Source of the DNA: an uncultured Verrucomicrobiae bacterium
GTDB taxonomy: Bacteria; Chlamydiota; Chlamydiia; Chlamydiales; Rhabdochlamydiaceae
NCBI GenBank assembly: GCA_963731265.1
Contig: CAVSUE010000001.1
Span: 1,504,001-1,568,000, forward strand
Reading direction: 5' to 3'
Length of the DNA: 64,000 bases
The translations under genes and the position numbers were made by a program. Shown piece after piece: positions 13,998-23,330 of this stretch. The notes beneath the pieces were generated by a model, which had not been told where the DNA came from, ran no database searches, and was given only the letters and a program-made list of their open reading frames with translations. How positions within the stretch are numbered: position 1 is the stretch's first letter; each line of letters opens with the position of its first letter.

Positions 13998-15255
13998 ATT
14001 TGATTAGCCTTTCCCAAGGCCCGTAACGCTCCCAAACGGGGCCTCTGCGAAATGCAAGGGCAACGATCAAAATACCCATTGATACATCATTTAAGACACC
14101 TCCCAAGTGGGAGCCCGTCACGATCCAAGGGAGCAAAATAAGAGTAAGGCCGAACAGCACATTCAAGTAGCGGATGCTGCGAAAAGCTTCTGCGCATGCA
14201 ATGACGGAGAACGCCACGATCATCGGGCCAAGAATAAAATTTCCAACGGCAAGATTTTTGTTAAGCTGCAGCACAGCAGGGCTGGCCATCAGCCAGATTC
14301 CGAGAATAATAGAAACGGCCAGATTCCAAGGCAACGTGGCGCCGATGGAAAATTTTAAAACCTTCCGCGGAACTGCAGGCGCAACTTTAGGAAGCGGGCT
14401 TCCCACTCCCTCCCAGAACACCTGCGATTGGGATCCTCCTTTTTGCCGCGTTTCTTTCAACAACTGCAAAACTGCTGCCAACTCCCCTGCTGTGAGGACA
14501 ATCATCAGAAGCATGGCAGCTGCCGTCGCCAGACACCAGGAGCACCATGCGCCGACGACAACGGGTTGCAAGATGATCAGCGTGATGCTGACAATGCCGA
14601 CAGGGATCACCAAAAAGGCAAAAGCAAAAACTAGCCATGGCATCGTGTACCAACGGCGGGAACTCCCCTGCCAACCTAAAAGAAACTCCAGCGTGTAGCA
14701 AATGGCGCCAAGGCCGGCATCGGAGACAGGGAAGCTTCTAGAAATGTTCGAAGTGATCACTTCCAGCGTACCATTGGGAAAAAAAGGATCCCAAATCTGA
14801 TCGATATAACCCAATTGAAAACAGGCCATGTACCTGGAAAAAAACCAACATAGGAGAGCGAGCGCCACCGTTGGGATCCGATGCCCCCAGCCTGAGGGAT
14901 TATACGACCACCCTTTTGGACAGCTGCTGCCCCTTGTATCGGTATCTGTTTTGGCGAGCTGAAACGAAAACACGATCGCAAGGGCTCCAATCACGGTATC
15001 GTTGATGTACATCAGTGGAAGGGGCGCCCAAAATAGAAGCGGGGCGATTTGCAGCCAAACGCCGACGAGTCCGATCGCCCACCCCGCCCAGGCACGTTTA
15101 GATGAGAAAGAAAGGAAACCAAAAACAATCAGCAAAAGAGCCGAAACCAGATCACTCCCTTCAATGAGAGGGCACCGATATCCAAGGGTTAAAGGGAGGG
15201 CGATTAACCAAAATCCTAATGCAATAGAGAGGAGAGCAATCCGGTTTTTATTCAT
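13996..15255 (-). CDS. Vitamin K epoxide reductase (VKOR) family membrane protein with SPW-type repeats
   Basis: GAWCSWCL (CxxC), FPVSDAGLG and repeated LGxWLxxxP membrane units. Confidence 0.8.
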   Translation of the reverse strand: MNKNRIALLSIALGFWLIALPLTLGYRCPLIEGSDLVSALLLIVFGFLSFSSKRAWAGWAIGLVGVWLQIAPLLFWAPLPLMYINDTVIGALAIVFSFQLAKTDTDTRGSSCPKGWSYNPSGWGHRIPTVALALLCWFFSRYMACFQLGYIDQIWDPFFPNGTLEVITSNISRSFPVSDAGLGAICYTLEFLLGWQGSSRRWYTMPWLVFAFAFLVIPVGIVSITLIILQPVVVGAWCSWCLATAAAMLLMIVLTAGELAAVLQLLKETRQKGGSQSQVFWEGVGSPLPKVAPAVPRKVLKFSIGATLPWNLAVSIILGIWLMASPAVLQLNKNLAVGNFILGPMIVAFSVIACAEAFRSIRYLNVLFGLTLILLPWIVTGSHLGGVLNDVSMGILIVALAFRRGPVWERYGPWERLIK

Positions 15256-16327
15256 GTTTTACCATTCGCTCAAGACCGCGAGGCGCCTTTAGTTTGTTTT
15301 CATCGTACCACTCGACTGGGTCGGTTTTGATTTCCTGGACCCATTTAGGAATCACTTGATCGACCCGGTATTTTGGCTGCCATCCGAGAATTTTTTTCGC
15401 GCGTGTTATGTTGAGTTCATAATGATCGTCAGCGATATCGATCATCCAAGGTTGAATAAAACTCGGTTTCACAAAAGGCAGATGTGTCAAAATATAGGCG
15501 CCTATTTTGGCAATCGGCTTTGGGATGCTCCACGTCTTCCATTCTTTTCCGTGGAGTTGTCTTTGCATCATGCGTTGGATCTGATCGTAACTGAATGTCG
15601 TATCCTCGCCGATCAAAAGATTGAGTTCCGAAGGTAATGTCTTTCGCTTTTGCACACAGAGGGCCAGGGCGTCGATAAGATCGTCCATGTGGACAAAAGA
15701 GGATCCATGAGTGGCATCTCCGGCGAAGACATGGGACTCGAATTGATTTTCGATGATGCGCTGCATTTGATTGGAAAGAGGGATCGAATGGCATCGGTCA
15801 TCATAAACGCCGGCAATCCGCAAGTTGACTGTCGATATGTTGCCCCTTTCTTTGTGGATAAGAGTCTCTGTTTTGACTTTCGAAAGCGGATAATCCCATC
15901 GAGGTTCGACGGGACTATCCTCATTGATTTTGACACCAGGCCGTGTAGGCTTATGGACGAGCATCGTGGAAGAAAAAATGAATTGATCGACTTCAAATTG
16001 CTGAAGTCCCTTCAGCAAACGTTCAGTTCCTTGAACAGTGATTTTGTCGTAGAGATGGCTGTGCTGGGTAGTAAAACTGTAATAGGCAGCCAAATGGATA
16101 ACGGAGGCAATTTTACCGCCATAATCCCTACGTATGTGTTCCAGCCCTTTTTTTACGCTTTCATCTGTTGCCAAGTCGACGATGATGAATTCGGCATTCG
16201 GCAGATGGCCGGCTAAAAAAATATCGAAGCCGACGATTTGATATTGTTTAGAAAAGAAATCAGCGGATTTGAATCCAATTCTGCCGCTTGCGCCTGTAAT
16301 TAAAATCACCTCTTTGCCATCAGCCAT
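15248..16327 (-). CDS. NAD-dependent epimerase/dehydratase (extended SDR)
   Basis: LITGASGRIG, VIHLAA, FSST and YPLSK (YxxxK). Overlaps the VKOR start by 8 nt. Confidence 0.85.
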   Translation of the reverse strand: MADGKEVILITGASGRIGFKSADFFSKQYQIVGFDIFLAGHLPNAEFIIVDLATDESVKKGLEHIRRDYGGKIASVIHLAAYYSFTTQHSHLYDKITVQGTERLLKGLQQFEVDQFIFSSTMLVHKPTRPGVKINEDSPVEPRWDYPLSKVKTETLIHKERGNISTVNLRIAGVYDDRCHSIPLSNQMQRIIENQFESHVFAGDATHGSSFVHMDDLIDALALCVQKRKTLPSELNLLIGEDTTFSYDQIQRMMQRQLHGKEWKTWSIPKPIAKIGAYILTHLPFVKPSFIQPWMIDIADDHYELNITRAKKILGWQPKYRVDQVIPKWVQEIKTDPVEWYDENKLKAPRGLERMVKHE

Positions 16328-16417
16328 ATTTTTTCTCCTTCAAAAATTCACTTTATCTCATTTGACAAATTTTGCAAGATCTACAGAAAGGAATAACACT
16401 GAACCGCTGGATGAGTT

Positions 16418-16663
16418 ATGAAAAAAATCATGATTGGAGTTTTAGGAATCTTCGTTTATTCTGCTGTGCTTAACGCCGACGGCTATAGCGAGTCGGATAG
16501 GAGTCTAATGGCAGGAAAGGATTTCCCTTTTCCTTCAGGAGATGAGGGGGAAATGCCAGAAACGGATACATCGCAAGACGAGGATCAAAATGCAAAACCT
16601 AAGGGCAAAGCGGATATGGAATATGTTCCTGAAACCGAAAACCATGATGACGGAAGTTACTAA
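16418..16663 (+). CDS. Small acidic exported protein
   Basis: Signal peptide MKKIMIGVLGIFVYSAVLNA and acidic tail. First gene of a tightly packed run. Confidence 0.6.
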   Translation: MKKIMIGVLGIFVYSAVLNADGYSESDRSLMAGKDFPFPSGDEGEMPETDTSQDEDQNAKPKGKADMEYVPETENHDDGSY

Positions 16664-16668
16664 ATAAT

Positions 16669-17895
16669 ATGAAAAAAACTTTAATTTTATTGATTTGCAC
16701 CTTCGCTCTTCATTGCCTTATCCAGGCGAATCTCAAAAACCCCACCGTCGCTCAAGGGGCTGCTTCGATTGAAAATATCAATGAGACCACTTGCATGATC
16801 ACACTGAGCGAGGCGGCTTTTATTTTTTGGGAGGATTTTTCCATTTCCGAAAATGAAACGGTCATTTTCTCCCAGCCTTCATCTCAATCGCTTGCGATCA
16901 TGGAGGTCATTGGCAACAAAGGAAGTGAAATCTTAGGAAACATAAAGTCCAATGGCAGTATTTTTCTCGTCAGCCCTCATGGAGTCTTAATCGGGGAAAA
17001 TGGATATGTCGACTCGTATGGGTTTTTAGCTTCCGCTTTACCCACCTGCCCTTGTCCGCTTTTCGATGGCGAACAGGATATCTTCATGCAAGGCGGCGCA
17101 AAAACTTCCGTGATCAATCACGGTCGCATCAAAGCTTGGGAAAACAACGTCTATCTAGTAGGTTATCAAATCCTCAATAATGGCGTGATCGATGCGCCGC
17201 GGGGAACTGTGGCCGTCGCTGCGGGGCAAGACCTTGTGCTGCATCCATCCAACGGCCATAAAATCGGCGTTTTCCCCTCATCGGTAAAAATAGAAAACGA
17301 AGACACAGGAATTGATAATTCGGGCGTGATCACCGCTAACAGAATAGAACTGAAAGCGGATGGAAATGTTTACGAGATTGGAATCCGCCACTCGGGATTG
17401 CTCGGTAATCTCGGAATTAAAGACCATCCCGCTGAAACTTTCCTCACGACGGAAAAAGGCAGTACGGTCATTACAGGAGCAGTCTCCTCAGAAAATCCGG
17501 AAGGAAGCGGTGGAAATATTCACATCTTAGGCGAACAAATATTTGTATTCGAAAATTCCACTATCGATGCTTCTGGGAGCACAGGAGGCGGCAACATTTG
17601 GATCGGCACTTCGAGGGACGAAACATATCCAGGTGTAATTGAGTCAAAATGGATTTTCATCGATGGAGGAACTTCCATTATGGCTGATGCCCTTGAGGAA
17701 GGTGGCGGAGGAAATGTGCTCATTCGTTCTGAAGAAGCGGCGTGTTTTCATGGCGCTGTCAGCGCCTGCGGGGGAGAAAATTCAGGAGACGGTGGGCTGA
17801 TCGAGATTTCTGCAAAAAACAGTTTGGAGTTCCAGGGCGAAACAGATATCATGGCCCCCTCTGGGACAGAAGGCATGATCTCTATCCGTCCTTGA
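16669..17895 (+). CDS. Filamentous-haemagglutinin N-terminal (TPS) domain beta-helix protein
   Basis: Signal peptide. WEDFSI..NETVIFSQP, SNGSIFLVSPHGVLIG and repeated GGGxIxI/IDASG..GGG beta-helix motifs. Confidence 0.75.
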   Translation: MKKTLILLICTFALHCLIQANLKNPTVAQGAASIENINETTCMITLSEAAFIFWEDFSISENETVIFSQPSSQSLAIMEVIGNKGSEILGNIKSNGSIFLVSPHGVLIGENGYVDSYGFLASALPTCPCPLFDGEQDIFMQGGAKTSVINHGRIKAWENNVYLVGYQILNNGVIDAPRGTVAVAAGQDLVLHPSNGHKIGVFPSSVKIENEDTGIDNSGVITANRIELKADGNVYEIGIRHSGLLGNLGIKDHPAETFLTTEKGSTVITGAVSSENPEGSGGNIHILGEQIFVFENSTIDASGSTGGGNIWIGTSRDETYPGVIESKWIFIDGGTSIMADALEEGGGGNVLIRSEEAACFHGAVSACGGENSGDGGLIEISAKNSLEFQGETDIMAPSGTEGMISIRP

Positions 17896-17899
17896 CGTA

Positions 17900-18724
17900 A
17901 TGATGAGCACAAATCGGAAGGATGAAGAACAAGATTTAAGGCGGATTTTCTTTGGGGCTCAAGTAGAAGCGCCATGGCCCAAAGAATATCCGCCTGCCAG
18001 AATGATCCCCGAAGAGGCGCGCCACTTGACCTTGGCCTTTTTAGGGCAGGATTCTTTTTCCAAACTTAGAACATTGTTACCGTCCGCTCCTCTTCCTTCT
18101 TTTCTCATTGGACCTGCCGGGATTGCAAAAGAAGTGATTTTTCTCCCGCCGGAAAGAAGCCGTGTCGCCGCCTTCACGACCGGGTGGCTTCATTCCAAAG
18201 TAGGCTTGAACATTTATCAAAAAAAACTGGCCGAATGGCTGGCTTCTCAGGGATATTCGTTGGACCAAAGACCTTTTTTTCCGCACATAAGTGTCGCACG
18301 TGCGCCTTTCGATAAGGAAGAATGGAAGCGTGCCTTTTCTCCTTTGCCCTTTTTTGTGAAAGCCATCCATCTTTACCAAAGTATGGGTAATCTGGAATAT
18401 ACTACTCTTTGGTCATGCCCTCTCCTCTCTCCTTTCGAAGAATTTGAACACACAGCAGACATCGCTTTTCACATTCGAGGGATGTCCATCGAAGAGCTCC
18501 ATAGCCATGCCCAATTGGCCCTGGCATTTAAATTTCCCCTACTCGTGAAGCATTTCACTTCCATCTGGTGTGAGACCTTTGATGAGATGATCATTTCTTT
18601 GAACGAATTGATCAGTCTTGCCGATGCGGAGTTCGGGTGTCCCTTTAAAGCCGTTAGTTTTCATGGGACTATTCGGCCTCATGAGCATAGCATTCTAAAC
18701 TGGGAGATGATTGTCGATGTTTAA
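17900..18724 (+). CDS. 2H-phosphoesterase (ThpR/2'-5' RNA ligase-like) fused to a C-terminal archease domain
   Basis: HLTLAF and PHISVAR 2H motifs. C-terminal FEEFEHTADIAFHIRG ... KAVSFHG ... IVDV are archease signatures. Confidence 0.85.
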   Translation: MMSTNRKDEEQDLRRIFFGAQVEAPWPKEYPPARMIPEEARHLTLAFLGQDSFSKLRTLLPSAPLPSFLIGPAGIAKEVIFLPPERSRVAAFTTGWLHSKVGLNIYQKKLAEWLASQGYSLDQRPFFPHISVARAPFDKEEWKRAFSPLPFFVKAIHLYQSMGNLEYTTLWSCPLLSPFEEFEHTADIAFHIRGMSIEELHSHAQLALAFKFPLLVKHFTSIWCETFDEMIISLNELISLADAEFGCPFKAVSFHGTIRPHEHSILNWEMIVDV

Positions 18725-20144
18725 TTTAAAGAAAACTGGCCCCGCCACGTATCTCCTTCCCCAAGAGGGCGGAATGAGAGTTCCAGGCCTCATCATCGCC
18801 ACCGAAGAACTGCTCAATGACATCGACATCGAACAGCCCCTGAACCAGGTGCGCAATGTCGCTTTCCTGCATGGCATTGTGGGTTACAGCATCGCCATGC
18901 CGGACATTCATTGGGGATACGGATTTCCCATTGGCGGGATAGCTGCCATGGACGCCGAAACGGGTGTAATCAGCCCTGGCGGCGTCGGCTACGACATCAA
19001 CTGCGGAGTGCGACTTGCCATCGTTCCTGAGCCATTTGCCAAAATCCAGGATCATGTCAAAAAGGAACTCATTCATCGTATTTTCGAATTTGTTCCTTCA
19101 GGAATAGGCAAAGGCCACCGCCATGCGCGGAGTTTAAGCGATAGAGATTATTCTGAATTATTAAAACAAGGCGCTCGGTGGTCTGTCCAAAAGGGGTTTG
19201 GTTTTCCTGTCGATCTCGAGCACATGGAAAGCAATGGGTGCATTGAGGATGCCGACCCTTCTGCGGTTTCCAATGCTGCGAAAGCGCGGGGCAAAGATCA
19301 GCTGGGCAGCATTGGATCGGGCAATCATTTCGTCGAAATCGGCGAGATCGAAACGATCTACCTTCCAGAGATCGCTTCGAGCTGGGGGATTGAGAAAGGA
19401 CTCACTTACATTCTGATCCATTCCGGATCGCGCGGGTTTGGCCATCAGGTTTGCCAGGATGCGCTCAATGCATTCATTCGGCAAGGGTATGACCAAAATC
19501 TCCCCGACCGGCAGCTTGTCGCAGCTCCGATCCATAGCGAAGCGGGAAGAAATTACTTCAGTGCAATGGCCGCGGCGGCAAATTTTGCATTCAACAACAG
19601 ACAACACATCCTTCACGAAGTGCGCACGGCCTTTCACCAGGTCCTCGGCATACCTCCAGAAAAAATCCATCTCGTCTACGATGTTTGCCATAATATCGCC
19701 AAATTCGAAACGCACAATGTCAATGGGAAGCCGCGCCGTCTCTGTGTGCATCGCAAAGGGGCCACGCGTGCGTTTGGACCCGGCGCAGAAGAGCTCTCAC
19801 CTCTTTTCCGCAAGACCGGTCAACCTGTGCTCGTTCCCGGCGATATGGGGCGGGCCAGCCACGTCCTCGTGGGCCTCGGCAATGCTTCGACGTGGTGCAG
19901 TTGCTGCCACGGCGCAGGCCGCGCGCGCAGTAGAGTCAAGTCGATGGCGGCCTGGCGAGGGCGCAACATCATCGAACATATGGCAGGACAAGGAGTCACC
20001 GTCCTCGCTACCTCACAGAAAACCGTCGCGGAAGAAATGCCCGATGCTTACAAAGACGTGGACGCTGTCGTCAAAGCTGTCCAGGAAGCGGGTTTGGCGA
20101 ACATGGTCGCACGCCTCAAACCGCATTTAGTGATAAAGGGTTGA
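18717..20144 (+). CDS. rtcB: RNA-splicing/repair ligase RtcB
   Basis: PDIHWGYGFPIGG, GVGYDINCGVR, GSGNHF, IHSGSRG, HNIAK, HRKGAT, HGAGR and EEMPDAYKDV. ATG at 18717 overlaps the upstream gene. Confidence 0.95.
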   Translation: MFNLKKTGPATYLLPQEGGMRVPGLIIATEELLNDIDIEQPLNQVRNVAFLHGIVGYSIAMPDIHWGYGFPIGGIAAMDAETGVISPGGVGYDINCGVRLAIVPEPFAKIQDHVKKELIHRIFEFVPSGIGKGHRHARSLSDRDYSELLKQGARWSVQKGFGFPVDLEHMESNGCIEDADPSAVSNAAKARGKDQLGSIGSGNHFVEIGEIETIYLPEIASSWGIEKGLTYILIHSGSRGFGHQVCQDALNAFIRQGYDQNLPDRQLVAAPIHSEAGRNYFSAMAAAANFAFNNRQHILHEVRTAFHQVLGIPPEKIHLVYDVCHNIAKFETHNVNGKPRRLCVHRKGATRAFGPGAEELSPLFRKTGQPVLVPGDMGRASHVLVGLGNASTWCSCCHGAGRARSRVKSMAAWRGRNIIEHMAGQGVTVLATSQKTVAEEMPDAYKDVDAVVKAVQEAGLANMVARLKPHLVIKG

Positions 20145-21081
20145 AAAGTACCGCTTTTTTCTCTTCCCACTTTTTTAGGCCATCTTTGAGGTACTCAAAC
20201 CATTGCTTGATCCCATAGGTACTCGAGACATGGGGATACTCGAGAATGGCAGGATGGAAGCCATAATCGGTGAGATGTTTATTCATTAATGCTGTATTTG
20301 TTCGAGCCGTTCCATCTTTGGGAGGATGAAGCCATTCCAATCTTTGATGCAATTTTGCAATGGCCATGAGTTTTTCGTCGTATGTCGGAGCATTCTCGAC
20401 CTCCTCGTAAAATTCATTAAGAAACTTATCAAAGATGCGGCGGACTTGATCACAGTCCATCACCTTGTAAGAGAATATCTTTACCTCTTTATCGGATGAA
20501 AATATTATTTCCCCGAGCCCATAAGCATCTCCGAACTCTCTCTTTAATTCTTCATCCAATGCCCGGAATTCAGCACACGCTTCCGGAGTGACGACATAAC
20601 AAGCGAGATTTTGCCTCCATTCGATTTCATCCTCACTGTCTCTGAACATTCCGACTTTGTCCTGTCCCATCAACATCATTGCTTTCTTATCGCCATTAAA
20701 ATGAGCGCAGGTGTATTTGTGCAGAAGCAAATACCATGCCGCATCGATTTTTGAAGAAAGAGAATTTTCAATAAAAGGAAATGCCCCTTCCATACTGCGG
20801 ACAAAACCGGGCTCGGCGTGTTTTCCATGCAACCCCTTCTCGTAAACGTCTTTACCGAAGCGCTGATGTGTCCCATCAATGCATTCCATCCACTTGTGCT
20901 CAGGGCCTAATCCCCAGTATATTTTTTTCAAAGCCTCTGGCGACAAGTCCGTATTGATGGTCAGCTGCTGAGTGCTGGAAGCTGCGGCTGTTGGGCGGGG
21001 AGAAGATAAATTTGTGTGATTAGGTGGGGAGGAGTGATCTGTAGTGGTAACCCACGTTGCAATGCTCAATGATACTGACAT
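20116..21081 (-). CDS. Fic-domain protein (AnkX-like), copy 1
   Basis: LEWLHPPKDGTART. Ser/Thr-rich N-terminus. Overlaps the rtcB 3' end convergently. Confidence 0.85.
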   Translation of the reverse strand: MSVSLSIATWVTTTDHSSPPNHTNLSSPRPTAAASSTQQLTINTDLSPEALKKIYWGLGPEHKWMECIDGTHQRFGKDVYEKGLHGKHAEPGFVRSMEGAFPFIENSLSSKIDAAWYLLLHKYTCAHFNGDKKAMMLMGQDKVGMFRDSEDEIEWRQNLACYVVTPEACAEFRALDEELKREFGDAYGLGEIIFSSDKEVKIFSYKVMDCDQVRRIFDKFLNEFYEEVENAPTYDEKLMAIAKLHQRLEWLHPPKDGTARTNTALMNKHLTDYGFHPAILEYPHVSSTYGIKQWFEYLKDGLKKWEEKKAVLFNPLSLNAV

Positions 21082-21151
21082 GCTGTTTTTCTCTATGTAA
21101 AACGGCGAGCATGCTATTGAACTGTGATTTAAAATTCTAGTGTCTAATTGG

Positions 21152-22198
21152 TTATTTTCCGAGGGACGCTTTTTTCTGTTCCCATTTTTTGAGGCCGTCT
21201 TTCAGGTACTCAAACCATTGCTGGAGCCCATAGGTACTCGAGACATGGGGATATTCTAAGATCGCAGGATGGAAGCCGTAATCCGTGAGAAGCTTATTCA
21301 TCAACACCGAACTAGTCCGTGCAGTACCATCCAGGACCGGGTGCAGCCATTCCAGCCGCTGCTGAAGCTTTGCAATCGCCATCAGTTTTTGGTCGTCTGT
21401 TGCAGCTCTCTCGATTTCCTGGTAAAAATCATTGAGAAATTTGTTAAAAAGGGTCGTGATTTGAGCTTCTGTCATCGATTTATAGTTCAAAAATAGCGCT
21501 CCGGGTCCCTTGTCTGAGAAAACGCCCAGCCCATACGAATCCCCGTAAATCCGTTTCAGTTCGTCTTCCAGCACTTTAAATTCTTTTAAAGCCTGGTCGG
21601 TCATTCGATATACGCCTTTAAAATTAGCCCCTACACCTCCATTCCGAAAAACTCCCACTCTTTCTTGTCCCATCAGATAAATGTTCGAATCACCATTAAA
21701 ATGTCCGCATGTACGTTTATGCAATTGCAGATACCACTGAGCATCGATTTTCCGGTTGAGATATTGCCCTGCAAATTCAAAAGCCTTTTCCATACTAACA
21801 ATAAATCCCGGCTCGATCGTTCCCCCATGCAATCCCTGATCGAACGTATATTTTCCCTTATCGTGAAATGTTCCATCAATGCATTCCCTCCATTTTTCTT
21901 CGCCCAAACCAAAATAAGCCTTACGCAATTCCTCTTGAGAGGCTGATGGGTTAACAGATCGACAGAAGAGGGAATGAAAGAAAAAATAAATTTTGGACAA
22001 CAAATCCGTGAGATGAATTCTACCAAATAAAGGGTTGCCAGATATAGCGCAGGGGGTAACAGGAATGGAAGTTGCCGCAAAGCTGGAAGTGCCCGGCGAG
22101 CCGACAGCCTGAGAGTACGTGGCTATTGCTGCCGCTGAAGACATTGGAATATTAAACTGGAAGTTTGAGGGGACTGCTAAAGTAAAATTTAAAGGCAT
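21152..22198 (-). CDS. Fic-domain protein (AnkX-like), copy 2
   Basis: LEWLHPVLDGTART. C-terminus nearly identical to copy 1. Confidence 0.85.
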   Translation of the reverse strand: MPLNFTLAVPSNFQFNIPMSSAAAIATYSQAVGSPGTSSFAATSIPVTPCAISGNPLFGRIHLTDLLSKIYFFFHSLFCRSVNPSASQEELRKAYFGLGEEKWRECIDGTFHDKGKYTFDQGLHGGTIEPGFIVSMEKAFEFAGQYLNRKIDAQWYLQLHKRTCGHFNGDSNIYLMGQERVGVFRNGGVGANFKGVYRMTDQALKEFKVLEDELKRIYGDSYGLGVFSDKGPGALFLNYKSMTEAQITTLFNKFLNDFYQEIERAATDDQKLMAIAKLQQRLEWLHPVLDGTARTSSVLMNKLLTDYGFHPAILEYPHVSSTYGLQQWFEYLKDGLKKWEQKKASLGK

Positions 22199-22342
22199 AA
22201 TTAAAATAGTTACTATTTTATTCTTTTGTTACTATTTTATCACACTCTCAAATAAAAGTTAATTTCAGAAATATTTTAATAACAAAAAAGCCAAGGTTTT
22301 TTTGATCCTTTCGCTTTTTTAAAGGCTTGTACTAGACGACGA

Positions 22343-23170
22343 TTAGGGATTGAGCCTTTTTTTCCGCTCTTCCCATTTCAGGAGGGCGTCTTGCAAGTAC
22401 TCTTTCCACTGAGCCATACTAAGGCTGGAAGAACGATGAGGATATTCCAGGATCGCCGGATGGAATCCGCAATCGGTAAGAAATTTATTCATTAATACCG
22501 TGCTAGTCCTGGCGGTTCCATCTCTGACAGGATGCAGCCACTCCAATCTTTGTTGGAGCTTAGCAATAGCCCACAATTTCTGGTCAGGGGTTGTTGATTG
22601 CTCAATCTCTTGATAGAATTCGTTTAAAAATTTATTGAAAACATGACGTATCTGCATCCGGTTCATCGTTTTGTAGGTTAGATGAGTACAAGTTCGAGCG
22701 GCATCGGTAAAGGTCATTTCTCCAAGACCATAAGAATCTCCAAACTCTCTCTTTAATTGTTGATCTAATGCCCGGAACTCAGCGCGTGCTTGCGGGGTCA
22801 CTGGATAATGAGGAGGATTTAAGTGACAGCTGATATGATCATCGCTGCCCCTGAAAACGCCGACTTTTTCCTGCCCCATTAAGAAAGCCGGGCCTCCGTT
22901 AAAATGAGAGCAAGTACGCTTATGCAGCAGCAAGTACCAATCCGCGTCAATTTTGAAGTTAAGGAAGTTCTCCACGAAAATACAAGCCTTCTCCATGCTT
23001 TGGATAAAACCAGGCTCGACAGTCCCCCCATGGGAGCCATGATCGAACACATGCCTACCTAAATGATGATAAACCCCATCGACGCATTCCATCCATTTAT
23101 TATCTCGGCCTAAGCCCCAATAAGTGTCTTTCGTAGCATTGTTTATATTAAAATCAAAAGCCATAATCAC
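22343..23170 (-). CDS. Fic-domain protein (AnkX-like), copy 3, short N-terminus
   Basis: LEWLHPVRDGTART. C-terminus nearly identical to copy 4. Confidence 0.85.
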   Translation of the reverse strand: MIMAFDFNINNATKDTYWGLGRDNKWMECVDGVYHHLGRHVFDHGSHGGTVEPGFIQSMEKACIFVENFLNFKIDADWYLLLHKRTCSHFNGGPAFLMGQEKVGVFRGSDDHISCHLNPPHYPVTPQARAEFRALDQQLKREFGDSYGLGEMTFTDAARTCTHLTYKTMNRMQIRHVFNKFLNEFYQEIEQSTTPDQKLWAIAKLQQRLEWLHPVRDGTARTSTVLMNKFLTDCGFHPAILEYPHRSSSLSMAQWKEYLQDALLKWEERKKRLNP

Positions 23171-23330
23171 CTTATATATATGTAATAATTTTACGATATA
23201 ATTATTTTATCAAATTTAATAATATAATTCAATTAAATAATTAATTATATTTTAAATAAATTGGCGAAATAAAAAAACCAAGGATTTATTTTAAACCCTT
23301 GGCTTTCTCAAAAAGCGTGTAACTAGACGA

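Noticed and set aside
19438..20130. 230-aa alternative-frame ORF in rtcB, and similar shadow ORFs elsewhere
   Set aside because: No motifs; explained by the codon bias of the real gene.
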